Positions 26,132 to 39,375 are shown, counted from the first letter of the whole stretch. The stretch is DNA of 62,137 nucleotides, filler included, from Chiloscyllium plagiosum (GCF_004010195.1; 4 parts of one record of this genome joined end to end with filler, not necessarily neighbours in it); one strand, 5' to 3'. Notes: a model not told the origin generated them from the letters alone. Program-made: numbers and translations.

Positions 26132-26226
26132 GGATTCTGGATCAATGGTGGGGGAAGGGGAAATGAGGAAGCTGTTGAAGTCCACATTGATGCCCTGGGG
26201 TTGAAGTGTTCCGAGGTGGAAGATAC
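26132..26226 (-). mobile_element. Penelope GIY-YIG C-terminal fragment
   Basis: Translation IFHLGTLQPQGINVDFNSFLISP. Confidence 0.7.
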
Positions 26227-26689
26227 TCATGGTATCAGGAACTGAGACCAGCAAAATGATTGATGGCAGCAAATTATTCCAGACATCCCAGATGGTTACA
26301 GCAGAGAGCAACATGGAGATGAGAAAGAAATATTGGGAAATGTGATCTTTTGAGCATTTAAAGCAATAATCAGGGGATTGAATAGGTGACTAAGGCCATC
26401 AGAAATGATAAAATGCTATAAAGAAAGAAAAAGTTGTGCAAGGCAACCCAAAGAAGAGACTTCTGGATGAGATATGAGGTCAAATCTCGTGGTACCTGTT
26501 AGATTCAAAGTCATAAAAAGCAAGTTGACATCAAGCATCTAGATCAACCTGTCAGTGTGGTCACTCCAAGCACAAGATCACATTCCCTTCCCATCCACAA
26601 CACCAGCAGGGTCAGGTCAAACAACATGGCTGCCATAGTGAAGGTCATCCATTACTGACACTACTCAAATCTGTGGCGTGGTCCGAAAG

Positions 26690-27070
26690 AACGAGCTTCC
26701 ATTTATTTATCACTTTTCATAGCCGGAGGACATCCTAAAGTGTTTCACAACCAAGAAAGTACTTTTGAGATGTAGTCACTACCGTAGCATAGGAAAGATG
26801 GCCAGCCAATTTGTACACAGCACGGTCCCATAAGCAGCAATGAGACAAACTGGTTTTGCGATATTAACTCTAGAGACAAACATTGGCCAGGACAATACAA
26901 GTTCCCTTTCTGCAAATAATGCCATGGGATGATTTATGTCCAATGCAAAGGGAAAATGGGAACTCAGCCTAATATCTCATCGAGAAGACAAAAACTCAAT
27001 AAGACTGCACTAGAATATCATCAAGGGGTGATATGCTCACGTTTCTGGAATTGAACCTAAAAACCTTCTG
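26690..27070 (-). mobile_element. DeuSINE (SacSINE1-like) remnant
   Basis: Reverse-complement Deu-domain-like motifs ATAATGCCATGGGAT...ATCTCATCGAGAAGAC...CTGCACT; a further fragment at ~56215-56350 on plus. Confidence 0.6.
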
Positions 27071-28119
27071 CAATTAGGAGCAACAAAGAAATGAAGTTGA
27101 GATTGACAAAGATAGAGTTTAAAAAATAAAGAGTTTAGAAGCAAAGAACATGGAGCAAAAGAAGTAGGAGAAAAAATAAAGGGAAGAATCTAGAGATATG
27201 TTATAAACTTCACCAACGTACTGCTTCCATAGCATGGCAGGTTGAATAATTCCATATTAAGACTGCAACTGGGTTCAGTATGCCTTTTCAAAAGGTATTT
27301 CAACACCATTAGTTAAGTGTGTTTAAGACCTTTCATCTGTTTCAGTTACCTGTCAGGGTTATCTTGGTGGGCAATGGTTAGGGGATAGGGACTTTCAGGG
27401 ATATTTTATATTGGTAACAGGGAAATGCCTGTCTATTCAGAAATGAAGTCAGCTTCATTGTGTTAGAAGGCATCTCGTGTCAATGAATGCTTTCTGAAAT
27501 GATTTATTTACTATCGGTTGTCAAGTTAACAACATTCCTTTCTGTGTTTCTGAAGATTTGGAGACTCTTGGGAAGATTTACAGAACAAGCATGGCCTTTC
27601 GGTTGACCTTGATTATTCTGGCCAGACAAGGTTAATCCCAGTTTCCAAGGGCCACATTTTCACATTGATCACCACAGCTCTCTTGTTATGGGGACAATAG
27701 AGGAAGCAACCCAAAAACCACAAAATCCAAGCTCACCTCCTGAACATGGCATTTCCCATTGACATGATGACATGCTAGGGTCAGGCTATGGCCCTGGGAC
27801 AGATACAGTTAGGGAAGGGTGGGGGGTTAGAATCTCCATTTCCTAATATTTCATTCCTTGGCAATTGGAGAAATGTATCCCATATGCCCTCTTAATCTAT
27901 TTATCTATTATCTATTATCTATTTTTATTATATATTATCTATTTGTTCTCCTACCTTCAGGAAACTGTGATCACATATTCCTAAATCTGTAATCCTTTTC
28001 ATTTGTCAACAACTTAAAACTTATTGCAAGTTCTCAGGCCTGGAGATGTCACCCCTCGAATATTTGAATTCAATACAAATCTGCCTCTGGATGTTATTGA
28101 CAGATTATTTGACCTCGTA

Positions 28120-30127
28120 ATAGATCATGTCCCAGACCAATCGTCTCCCAGACTGACCGTGCCCCAGACTGATTGTATTCCAGACTGACCGTGCCCCAGA
28201 CTGACCGTGTCCTAAACTGATCGTGTCCCAGACTGATCGTCTCCCAGACTGACCGTGCCCCAGACTGACCGTGCCCCAGACTGACCGTGTCCCAGACTGA
28301 TCGTATCCCAGACTGATCGTGTCCCAGACTGATCGTGTCCTAGATTGATCGTGTCCCACACTGACCGTGTCCTAAACTGATTGTGTCCCAGACTGATCGT
28401 GTCACAGACTGACCGTGCCCCAGACTGATCGTGCCCCAGACTGATCGTGCCCCAGACTGATCGTGCCCCAGACTGATCGTATCCCAGACTGACCGTGCCC
28501 CAGACTGATCGTATCCCAGACTGACCGTGCCCCAGACTGATCGTGTCCCAGACTGATCGTGCCCCAGACTGATCGTATCCCAGACTGACCATGTCCCAGA
28601 CTGACCGTGTCCTAGACTGACCGTGTCCGAGACTGATCATATCCCTGACTGACCATGTCCCAGACTGATCGTGTCCCAGACTGATCATGTCCCAGACAGA
28701 TCGTATCCCAGACTGACCGTGTCCCAGACTGATCGTGTCCCAGACTGTTCGTGTCCCAGACTGATCGTCTCCCAGACAGATCGCCTCCCACTCAGACCGT
28801 TTCCCAGACTGATCGTATCCCAGACTGATCGTGTCCCAGACTGATCATGTCCCAGACTGATCATGTCCCAGACTGATCGTATCCCAGACTGACCATGTCC
28901 CAGACTGACCGTGTCCCAGACTGACCGTGCCCCAGTCTGATCATGTCTCAGACTGACCGTGTCCCAGACTGATCGTGTCCCAGACTGATTGTCTCCCAGG
29001 CTGACNNNNNNNNNNNNNNNNNNNNNNNNNNNNNNNNNNNNNNNNNNNNTTAATTAATTAANNNNNNNNNNNNNNNNNNNNNNNNNNNNNNNNNNNNNNN
29101 NNNNNGACTGATCGTGTCCCAGACTGACCGTGTCCCAGACTGACCGTGTCCCAGTCTGTCCGTGTCCCAGACTGATCGTATCCCAGACTGACCGTGTCCC
29201 AGTCTGTCCGTTTCCCAGACTGATCGTCTCCTAGACTGACCGTGTCCCAGACTGACCATGTTCCAGGCTGACCATGTTCAAAACTGACCGTGTCCCAGAC
29301 TGTGTCCCAGACTGATCGTGTCCCAAACTGACCGTGTCCCAGACTGATTGTGTCCCAGACTGATCGTGTCCCTGACTGACCGTGTCCCAGACTGACCGTG
29401 CCCCAGACTGACCGTGTCCCAGACAGATCGTGTCCCAGACTGACCATGTCCCAGACAGATCGTGTCCCAGACTGACCATGTACCAGTCAGACCGTGCCCC
29501 AGACTGTTCGTGTCCCAGACTGTTTGTGTCCTAAACTGATCATGTCCCAGACTGATCCTGTCCCAGACTGACCGTGTCCCAGACTGACCGTGTCCCAGAC
29601 TGACCGTGCCCCAGACTGACCGTGTCCCAGACAGATCGTGTCCCAGACTGTTCGTGTCCCAGACTGTTCGTGTCCTAAACTGATCCTGTCCCAGACTGAC
29701 CGTGTCCCAGACTGACCGTGTCCCAGACTGATCGTGTCCCAGACTGACCGTGTCCCAGATTGACCGTGTCCCAGACTGACCGTGCCCCAGACTGACCATG
29801 TCCCAGACTTACCGTGCCCCAGACTGATCGTGTCCCAGACTGATCGTGTCCCAGACTAACCGTGTCCCAGACTGACTGTGTCCCAGACTGACCATGTCCC
29901 AGACTGACTGTGTCCCAGACAGATCGTATCCCAGACTGATCGTGTCCCAGACTGATCGTGCCCCAGACTGAGCGTGTCCCAGACTGATCGTGCCCCAGAC
30001 TGATCGTGTCCCAGACTGATTGTGTCCTAGATTGATCGTGTCCCAGACTGATCGTGTCGCAGACTGACCATGTCCCAGACTGACCGTGTCCCAGACTGTC
30101 CGTGTCCCAGACTGACCGTGTCCCAGA
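28120..30127. repeat. 16-bp minisatellite (CAGACTGAYCGTGTCC)n, interrupted by an assembly spacer
   Basis: Tandem array of more than 100 degenerate units. Confidence 0.97.
29006..29105. other. Artificial scaffold spacer (44N-TTAATTAATTAA-44N)
   Basis: Exactly 100 bp; the 12-mer has stop codons in all six frames; identical to 45367-45466 and 57333-57432. Confidence 0.97.
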
Positions 30128-30137
30128 ATGTGATTGT

Positions 30138-30414
30138 GGGTGGCACAGTGGTTAGCACTGCTGCCTCACAGCGCCAGAGACCCGGGTTCCATTCCCACCT
30201 CAGGCAATTGTCTGTGCGGACTTTGCACACTCTCCCCTTGTCTGCTCCGGTTTCCTCCCACAGTCCAAAAATGTGCAGGTTAGGTGAATTGGCTATGCTA
30301 AATTGCCCCTAGTATTGGGTGTAGGGGAATGGGTTTGGATGGGTTGCTCTTTGGAGGGTCGGTGTGGACTTGTTGGGCTGAAGGGCCTGTTTCCACACTG
30401 TAAGTAATCTAATC
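30138..30414 (+). mobile_element. HE1-like V-SINE
   Basis: Head GGCACAGTGGTTAGCACTGCTGCCTCACAGCGCCAG and TAATCTAATC tail. Confidence 0.9.
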
Positions 30415-32378
30415 CACTGATTGTCTCCTCGGCTGATCTCGTCTTCATTAGAACAGAAACATTTCTGCAGAGAGGTCACTATCGATTAGGAACAGAAATC
30501 CTGAGAAAGTGCTGGTGTTCTCATACACCTGCTGGCCTTGTCCTTCGAGATGGAATTGGTCATGAGTTGGACTGTGCTCTAAGCAGCTTTGGAAAATTGC
30601 GGCAGGGCATCTTGTAGATAGTACACACTGCTGCTACTGAGCTTCGGGATGGAGGGGAATGGATGTTTGTGGATGTGGTAATAATCTATCAGGTTGCTTT
30701 GTCCTGGCTGGTCTCCAACTCCTTGAGTGTCGTTGGAGCTGCACCCATCTAAGTGTGGGTGTTCAATGTGCCTAAGTACAGCCCAGTATCACATGAACTG
30801 GTGCATTTGTCCACCAAATCCTGACTGTACTTGTTTAAAGTCACAGGATCACATAAATGTACAGCTATTAGAATATCTATATTAAATCTTAATGTGAGGA
30901 AATAAATTGAAAGACTATTCTACAAAAAGACTCCATGCAGGTGGAGGGGTGGGTGGTTTAACTGCCATTTATTTTGATTGTGGTCACAGCAAGATACTTT
31001 AAATTGAGTTTGTTGGAAAAATTGCCAGAAAAAATAAGGACAGACTTGTAATTCATACTGTGCACACAGTGAAGAGTCAGTGTGCTTGACAGAACAATCA
31101 ACATCAGGTAGATTTATTGCTCACTTGCAAATAATATCCTCTAATTCCTCCCGTTATTCTTCCCAGTAATGTCTGTTCATAGCGACCTCTCATTTCTATG
31201 CAGTGATGTTCACCTTTCTAGGTGACAGGAGTAACTATGCTGAGGATAGGTCAGGTGGTGAGGTTGGGAAGGTCTCAATAACCTGGCTATTGGGTTGGGT
31301 CCTTTCACGTCAATGGTTAGAGCTCTGCTTCAGTGACAACCAGCTCCTGACCACTTTCCGAGATACCTCAAACCTTCCAGGGTCTTGCACAAACTCCTGA
31401 ACCACTGGCCAAACGGCTTGTTCTCCCAAAGGACAAATGCACCCAGCACCTCTCTAGGATTGATAGATGGCATTTTGTTATAACCATGCTGGGCTGTACT
31501 GAGGATAAGGGATGATAAGGCAAGGATCAATGAATCCTTTACTGAGTACAAACTGCCTTGCAAACAGAAACGGTGCCTCCAAGCCACATTCCACTGGCTG
31601 CAATGTTGCCTGCTGTGATTGTGTGTGTTTGTTGGTTCAGCAACTGAACCACAGGTTTATGAGATAGCAGCCCTTCATAAAATAAATCCACAACTATACA
31701 CAGTGAAAGCTGCTCGCTATGTAATCAAAGGGAGCACAATGCTGGCTTGTGTGCAATTCGGATACAAGCAAATTGCTAATGTTGCCATCCAGCTGCTTTT
31801 CCACACAGTAACACTATAATCAGAGCTGTTCATGACAGAGCTACTGTTTTATCTGTCCCAGCCTCTGGTGTACATGGGGAACCCTGTACCTGCAGCAAAC
31901 ACATCATTGCTGAAGCCTGTAATTGTTCTTAATTGGTTCCCTCAGAGTAGCATTTGCCTCAGTTGGAACTTTAAAAGGTACAGGTGATGTAGTAAAAAAG
32001 GATTAGGTGCTAAGTGCTCCATGTACCGCAAATAAAATATATGGATATTCCAAGTGAAGGGAAACTAACGAGTAATCAATTTGTGCTTTCAGATATTCAG
32101 GTCTGAACATGTCAACAGCAATGCAGATCTCGCACCTCGGTACCATTGGGCTGGTTCGAATGGTGAAGGTTCTGCAACATCAGACTCCAATGTGACCTTG
32201 TAGCTTCTGTCACACCCCTGCCCCTGTCCCAGGTCAGTCCACTGGAATGACTGAGTGCTCTTACCACAGAAACACTTGGGGGAGGGTGGCTGGGGCAGGT
32301 CCTGAACTTGGATTGTAATGACAGGCTGCATGGCTACCCTCTTTAGCCCATAAAAAGAAGGCACTAGGCCTCACTCAT

Positions 32379-32626
32379 TTTTTTTTCTTTTTTTTTATTT
32401 TTTTATTTTTTCTTTCTTTTTTTCTTTTTTTTTCAAAACAGTGAAGGGGAGGGTAGGGAACTAAATCAAAATAGAGTTGGAACACTCCTTTTTTATCTTT
32501 TTTTTTCCTTTTTTCTTTTTTTTCTTCTCTTTTTTTTTATTTTTTAAATTTAACCCCCACACTACCACCTAAGTGCGGTAGTGCTTATTTTATCCCCAGC
32601 ACCCATGGTGTGTGTGCAGGTGTGAC
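32379..32626 (-). mobile_element. Poly(A)-tailed retroposon 3' end (L1/Tx1-like mobilisation) with 13-bp TSD
   Basis: TSD AGGCCTCACTCAT at 32366-32378 and 32627-32639; 3' hairpin GCACTACCGC...GTGGTAGTG; two A-rich tracts; same family as 46645-46900. Confidence 0.85.
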
Positions 32627-33096
32627 AGGCCTCACTCATCATGGGAGGGACCTTAATTACCCCAATGTCAGACCTGGCACACAAGTGGGTAGGGGATTAG
32701 TGCAGTGCTGCTACCAACTCAATACAAATCAAACCTGGAATTACAAATCCACTGGTGACCATTGCCAATTGTTGGAAAAACCCATCCGGTTCACTAATAT
32801 CCTTCGGGGAAGGAAAACTGCCATCTTCACCCGATCTGTGACTCCAGACCCACAGTAATGTGTGGTTGATTCTCAATGGCCCTCTGTAATGGCCCAGGTG
32901 GAAGGGGATTTCTACCCCACCTGAAGATACGAGCTCCGTATAAAAAGACTGCATTTCTTTTTTACTGGCTGACTTTCAGCAATTTGGGCCATGTGTTTGA
33001 GAGTAAGTTTCAGGAGAAAGAATGATTTGATGCTAATGGTTTTGACAAGATGGATGTGGAAATGATGTTTTCCCTTGGGGGTGAGCCCAGAACTTA

Positions 33097-33405
33097 GGAT
33101 GGCATGGTGGCTCAGTGGATAGCACTACTGCCTCAGAGTGGTAGGGACCTGGGTTCAATTCCAACCTCAGGTGACTGTCTGTGTGGAGTTTGCACGTTCT
33201 CTCCGTGTCTGCGTGGGTTTCCTCCGGGTGCTCCACTTTCCTCCCACATTCCAAAGATGTGCAGGTCAGGTGAATTGGCCATGCTAAATTGACACATAAT
33301 GTGTAGGTTAGGGGAATGGGTCTGGGTGGGTTACTCTTCAGAGGGTCAGTGTGGACTTGTTGGGCTGAAGGGCCTGTTCCCACACTGCAGGGATGCTAAT
33401 TCTAA
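33097..33405 (+). mobile_element. HE1-like V-SINE
   Basis: GGCATGGTGGCTCAGTGG...GGTTCAATTCC A/B boxes and V-domain. Confidence 0.9.
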
Positions 33406-34280
33406 CTAGGGGCTGCTGTTTTGAAACTGGGGGCTGAACATCACAAATCTCAAACAGGTGTTATTACAGGTGAAAAAGAACGGCAGCATCATTAGCTTCT
33501 GACCACGTAACCATCTGTTAAAGTGCAGCTTACAAAGCTCAGAAACAAACCCATCCAAATCTTCTACCTCTCTCCGGTACATCACTGACATGCATTTATG
33601 TGGTGCCTTCACCAGGGTAAAAATCCCCTGGTTTTAAACATGGGATCAATCTGCAGTTGTATCTGACTTATAGCTTGCCAGAAAATGTATAATCTGCCTG
33701 GTTGTTTTTGTTTTTGAAGGCCATAGCTTCCCGTTGAGTAAGTGCTGTATTTCATGGAGACTGTATCCAGAAGAATGAAAAATAACAGAAAAGCAGATCC
33801 ACAGCCAGGAGAGGGAGGGATGCAGAAACTGGATTGAAATATCACAATAGATTAGAAAATGGCCACGGCGATATTGATTCATTCTTCACAGCTCATTGTG
33901 AAAGACAGTCTCCCTCAGCCTTGAATACACTGTGCCTGTTTATCTGGTTGTCCTCATGCTCAGACCTGTTAACTCACAGTCATCGTTTTCAGATCTTATT
34001 CCCAATTCCAACCTTGGCTTTCTTAGATATTCTCATGAATCCAGACAGCGAAGTATTTGTTTCCTCATTGAATCAGAGTATTTAAAATGTCTATTCACTA
34101 CCTGCCAGACACAGGAACAATATTTCTTCATCCTAAAGGAAACTAAAAGCCAGTCTGGATGAAGGCGCAGTTAACATATCTGGAACTGTCAGTGTTGCAA
34201 GGACTGTGCCTAAGGAACATAGCAAATGTAATTATGCTGATGAAAGAAAGCAATGAAACATTAATCAGGGAACTGTTTTT

Positions 34281-34593
34281 TTAGATTAGATTAGATTAGA
34301 TTAGATTACTTACAGTGTGGAAACAGGCCCTTCGGCCCAACAAGTCCACACCACCCCGCCGAAGCACAACCCAACCATACCCCTTACCTAACACTACGGG
34401 CAATTTAGCATGGCCAATTCACCTGACCTGCACATCTTTGGACTGTGGGAGGAAACCGGAGCACCCGGAGGAAACCCACGCAGACACGGGGAGAACGTGC
34501 AAACTCCTCACAGTCAGTCACCTGAGGCAGGAATTGAACCGGGTCTCTGGCCCCATGAGGCAGCAGCGCTAACCACTGTGCCACCATGCCGCC
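34281..34593 (-). mobile_element. HE1-like V-SINE with (TCTAA)n tail
   Basis: Full head and V-domain; (TTAGA)5 on the + strand. Confidence 0.92.
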
Positions 34594-34699
34594 AGGCTGT
34601 TAGCCTGTCCACTCACCAGTCATTGAGAAAATGCTCAAGGATTTTGTAGAATACAATCAATATCCTTCTAAGAGACCGCACACTATAGGGATAATCAGG

Positions 34700-36310
34700 A
34701 TTTTACGTATTCGTTCATGGGACATGGATATCACTGGCTGGTTATTGCCCGTCCCAAGTTGCCCTTGAGAAGGTGGTGATGAACTGCTGCAGTCCATTTG
34801 CTGTATGAGGACTCACAATGCCATCAGGGAGGGAGGGTTTCTGACCCAGTGATTCTGAAGGAAGAGTGATATATTTCCAACTCCAGATGGTGAGTGGCAT
34901 GGAGGGGAATTTGTAGGTGGTGGTGTTTGTCCTTCTGGGTGGAAGAGGTCGTGGGTCTTTGAAAGATCTTTGGCGAATCTTTGCAATGCATCTTGTACAT
35001 ACTGAGCGTCGATGGTAGAGGGAGTGGATGTTTGTGGATGTGATACCAATCAAGTGGGCTGCTTTGTCCTGGATGGTGTCAAGTTTCCTGAGTACTGTTG
35101 GAGCTGCACCCATCCAGGCAAGTAGGGAGCTATCCATCACAATCCTGTCTTGTGCCTTGAAGATGAGGGACAGGCTTTGCTGAGTCAGAAAGTGGGCTAT
35201 GCACTGCAGTATTCCAATCTCTGACCTGTTCTTATAGCCATTGTGTTTATGTGGCAAGTCCAGTGCAGTTTCTGGTCAATGGTAACCCCTGGATGTTGAC
35301 AATGGAGAATACAATGATGGTAATACCACTGAACATCAAGGGGCAATGGTTAGATGATCTCTTGTTCGATATGGTAACTGCCTAGTACATGTTCAGTGCA
35401 AATGTCCTTTGCCACTTGTCAGCCCAAGTCTGGATATTGTCAATGATGCTGAACATTGTGCAATGATCGGCGAACATCCCCAATTCTGATCTTATGATGG
35501 AAGGAAGGTCATTGATGAAGCAGCTGAAGATGGTTGGGCCAAGGACACTACCCTGAGGAACTGCTACAATGGTGTCTTGGAGCTGAGATGACTGACCCCC
35601 AACAACCATGACCATCTTCCTATGTGCCAGGTATGACTCCAATCAATGGAGAGTTAGCCCCCCCAGTTCCCACTAATTCCAGTTTTACTAGGGTTCCTTG
35701 ATGCCACACTCAGTCAAATGCAGCCTTGAGGTCGAGCGCTGTCACTCTCACCTCCCCTCTGGAATTCAGCTCTTCTGTCCACGTTTGAGCCAAGGCTGTA
35801 ATGAGGTCAAGAGCTGAGTGCCCCTGGTAAAACCCAAACTGGGCCTCACTGAGCAGGTTATTGCTGAGCAGGTGCTGCTTGCTAGCTCTGGTGGTGACAC
35901 CTTCCATCACTTTACTGATGATCAAGAGTAGACTGATGGGGCGGTCACTGGCCAGGTTGGATTTGTCCTGCCTTTTATGTTCAAGACATACTTGGGCAAT
36001 CTTCCACATTGTTGGGTAGATGCCAATGTTGTAACTGTACTGGAACAGCTTGGTTAGGGGAGCAGCAAGTTCTGGAGCACAAGTCTTCAGTACTTCAGCC
36101 TTTGCAGTATCCAGTGTCTCCAACCGTTTCTTGACATCACGTGGAGTGAATCGAATTGGCTGAAGGCTGGCAGCTGTGATGCTGGAGACCTTTGCAGGAA
36201 GTTGAGATGGATCACTCCTTCAGCACTTCTGGCTGAAGACTGTTGTAAATGATTCATCCTTATCTTTTCAACTAACGTGCTAGACCCCCCCTCTCCCATT
36301 ATTGAAGATG
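34700..36310 (-). mobile_element. CR1-clade LINE (second family), decayed RT to 3' end
   Basis: Motifs LKTCAPELAAPLTKLFQ, RPISLLLIISKVMEG, AQFGF, TALDLKAAFD, VPQGSVLGPTIFSCFINDL and MFAD. The 3' tail resembles the tail of the SINE at 9001-9790. Confidence 0.9.
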
Positions 36311-37264
36311 AGTTCAGAAGCAATGGGTCATTCTCACAAGTCTACTGGAATTCTTCGAGGTAGTGGGAAAATGAGCAGATGGCTGTTATCCAAAGGTACA
36401 ACAGAGATTTACCAGGAATGAGGGCTTACAATACAAAGACAGACTGAGGAAGCTGGGGTTCTCTGTGGAGAAGGCCAATAGGAGATTTGATGGAGATAAT
36501 CAAAATCGGGAAGGGTTTAGATGGATTAAACAAATAAAAGTGTTTTCAGTCACTGAAGAGTCACTTCTACTGGAGGCAAATTTGAGGCGATGCCAAAGAA
36601 TCAAAGGGGCATGTAATTTTGGTACGGAATATTTTGTTTCGGAATATTATGTCTGACAGGCTGGTGAATACAAGTAAACACTCAAACAGGAAAAATCACA
36701 GAGATGTGGGAGAAGAGCAGGATTGGGCTTTGAGAGAGTTTCCCTCTTCCCTCCCACATCCCCCTGCCACCCAGCATTCCACTCCCCACTCATCCTGCCA
36801 CCTCCCACTCCTCCATTTGCCCACCATCCCCCCCAACTCAGCATACCCCATCCCCCCACACACCACTCACCCCACCTCCCCTGCTCCCTCCATCTCTCCC
36901 AGTTCCCCACCATCCCACAGCCTGACAACACATGCGTCTCCGATGTCCTGTTACGGTCAGCAGACCTCACACCTGCACATGGGCAGGGCCCATTTTAACC
37001 TTACGGATAATCTCTTTGAACCTTTAATCCTTCAAACTGACACCAAGGCTGTTATATATGATGCAGTATGATGCCAATAGTGTGGGTTCAATTCTCACAC
37101 TGGCTGAGGTTACCTTCTCACCCTCTCCCCTCGCCTGAGGTATGGGGACCCTCAGGTTAAACCAGCACCAGTCAGGGTCAGACAGGACTGCACTGGCTTC
37201 ATCCTTTTTTTAAAATAAAGATAGGAAATGCTGGAGTAACTCAGCAGATCTGGCAGCAGCATCT

Positions 37265-37655
37265 GTGTTCGATGGGATTTAGAAGGATTGGGAGGGGAAA
37301 TCTGATTAAAACATTACAGAATATTGAGAAGCTGAGAAGCTAGAGAAGATGTTTCCACTAGTAGGTGAGACTAGGACCGAAGGGCATGTCCCGAGTGAAG
37401 GGATGACCCTTTAGAACTGAGGAAAAGAGGAATTTCTTCAGCCAGAGGGTGGGGAATCTGTGGAACTCATTGTCACAGAGAGCTGTAGAGGCCAAGTTAT
37501 TGAGTGTCTTTAAGACGTAGGTAGATGGGGTCTTTATTGGTCAGGGGATCATGGGTTACGGGGAGAAGGCAGGAGAATGGGGTTGAGAAATCTACCAGCC
37601 ATGACTGAATGGTGGAGCAGACCCGATGGGCCAAATGGCCTAATATTGTTCCTAA
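37265..37655 (+). mobile_element. CR1 3' end
   Basis: AGGAATTTCTTCAGCCAGAGGGTGG...GATGGGCCAAATGGCCTA terminal stem-loop. Confidence 0.85.
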
Positions 37656-38153
37656 CTTAAATATACATTCTTGTATGTCGTGCGTTTTCTCATCAGACCT
37701 CCATTCACTTTTAAAAACAATTTCAGAAGATTTACCTGTTCATTTAGTGATGAAACCAGGTCAAATCAAGGGCCTAATGTACTGACTGACTGGATGCTAA
37801 TCTTGGGAAAACAATGCCAGGATAGATGAAGTCACAAAAAAAAATGTCATTTTATAATGAAGCACAAGATTCAGAATTATAGTTAAGGGACAAAAACCGG
37901 CGCATCATATTAAAAACCTTAAAAATCCTCTTCCCTTTCTGACACACACTGGTAATTCCGTGTGCCACCCATTTCTTCCCCATGATGGATCTACACTTCC
38001 TGCCGTTCCCCATCCATCGATACCCTCCAATGATTGGCTGAACAACCTCCCATCAACACATCTCCCCTTTAACTCCACTGGCCAACAGCCCCCTCACTGC
38101 CTCAGGTAAATGGCATTGTTTTGGCAGTGAATTCAGGTTAAATCTTAACCCTG

Positions 38154-38369
38154 GTTGAAACTTTATTGCTGGAACAGCACAGCAGGTCAGGCAGCATCCA
38201 GGGAACAGAAGATTCGACGTTTCGGGCACAGGCCCTTCTTCAGGATTCTTTGGCCTGTGCCCGAAACGTCGAATCTCCTGTTCCCTGGATGCTGCCTGAC
38301 CTGCTGTGCTGTTCCAGCAATAAAGTTTCAACTTTGATCTCCAGCATCTGCAGACCTCACTTTCTCCTC
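38154..38369. mobile_element. Young palindromic Penelope terminal-repeat element with 15-bp TSD
   Basis: Arms 38154-38234 and 38252-38332 (81 bp, 1 mismatch); TSD TAAATCTTAACCCTG at 38139-38153 and 38370-38384. Confidence 0.9.
38209..38250 (-). ncRNA. Minimal hammerhead ribozyme in palindromic Penelope-derived element
   Basis: Minus strand reads AAGAAUC-CUGAAGA-A-GGGC-CUGU-GCCC-GAAAC-GUC-GAAUCUU; stem I can form 6 of 7 pairs. Confidence 0.75.
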
Positions 38370-38604
38370 TAAATCTTAACCCTGTTTATTCCAGTTATAC
38401 TCAGAGCCCCAAACACTTCATTCCTGAAGATGAGTTGTTTTATCGTATTCTGCTTATTATCATTTTATTAAAATATATTATAATGTTCTGACAAAAAGAT
38501 TCACTGCTGTGTCTGCCTTGAAACATCTCTCTCCCTATTATGTGTTTTTATTAACCAGCCACACACACACATAAAGGAAAACTGCCAAGCACTAGCTAAC
38601 TGCA

Positions 38605-39375
38605 GGGAGGTAATGGTCTAGTGGTATTATTACTGGATTATGAGGCCAGAGATGCGGGTAATGCTCTGGGTTCAAACCTTGCTGCACCAGCTGGTGGAAT
38701 GTGAAGTCCATTTTAAAAAATGCTGGAATTAAGAATCTAACAATGATCATGAAACAGTTGCTGATTTTAACAAAATGAAAGAGCTGAAGATGCTGGAAAT
38801 CTGAAACAAAACAGAAATTGCTGGAAAAGCTCAGCAGATCAGGCAGCATCAGTGGGGAGAAATCAAAGTTAATACTTTCGTCTAGTGACCCTTCTTAGGA
38901 ACAGTTGTTGATTGTTGGAAAAACCCATCTGGATCACTACAGCAGCACGCTAGCTCAGTGGTTAGCACTGCTACCTCACAGCACCAGGGACCTGGGTTTG
39001 ATTCCAGCCTCAGGCAACTGTCTGTGTGGAGTTTACACACTCTCCCTATGTCTGTGCGGGTTTCCTCCCACAGTCCAAAGATGTGCAGGCCAGGTGAATT
39101 GGCCATGCTAACTTGCCCATACTATTAGGTGCATTAGTTAGGGGTAAATATGGGGAAGGGGTCTGAGTGGGTTAGTCTTAGGAGGGTCGGTGTGGACTTG
39201 TTGGGCCAACGGGCCTGTTTCCATTCTGTAGGGAATTAATCTAATGTCTCTTAGGGAAGGAAACTGTCATCCTTACTGGGTCTGGCCTATACGTGACTCC
39301 AGACTCTGAACTGCTCTCTGGGATAGCAATAAATGCTGTCTTAGCCAGTGCTGGCCTCATTGCGTGAATGAATCA
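38605..39375 (+). mobile_element. Nested repeats: tRNA-SINE containing a Penelope terminal-repeat fragment (~38770-38900) and an HE1 SINE (~38945-39245)
   Basis: Host SINE head at 38605 and tail at ~39370, with recognisable inserts between. Confidence 0.75.

Noticed and set aside
29050..29061. TTAATTAATTAA palindrome occurring three times
   Set aside because: It is always centred in an exactly 100-bp N block, so it is a scaffolding linker and not biological.
28105..30230. Repetitive ORFs (GHDQSGTRSVWDTISL)n and possible CRISPR-like array
   Set aside because: This is a pure tandem minisatellite with no unique spacers, no cas genes and a eukaryotic context.
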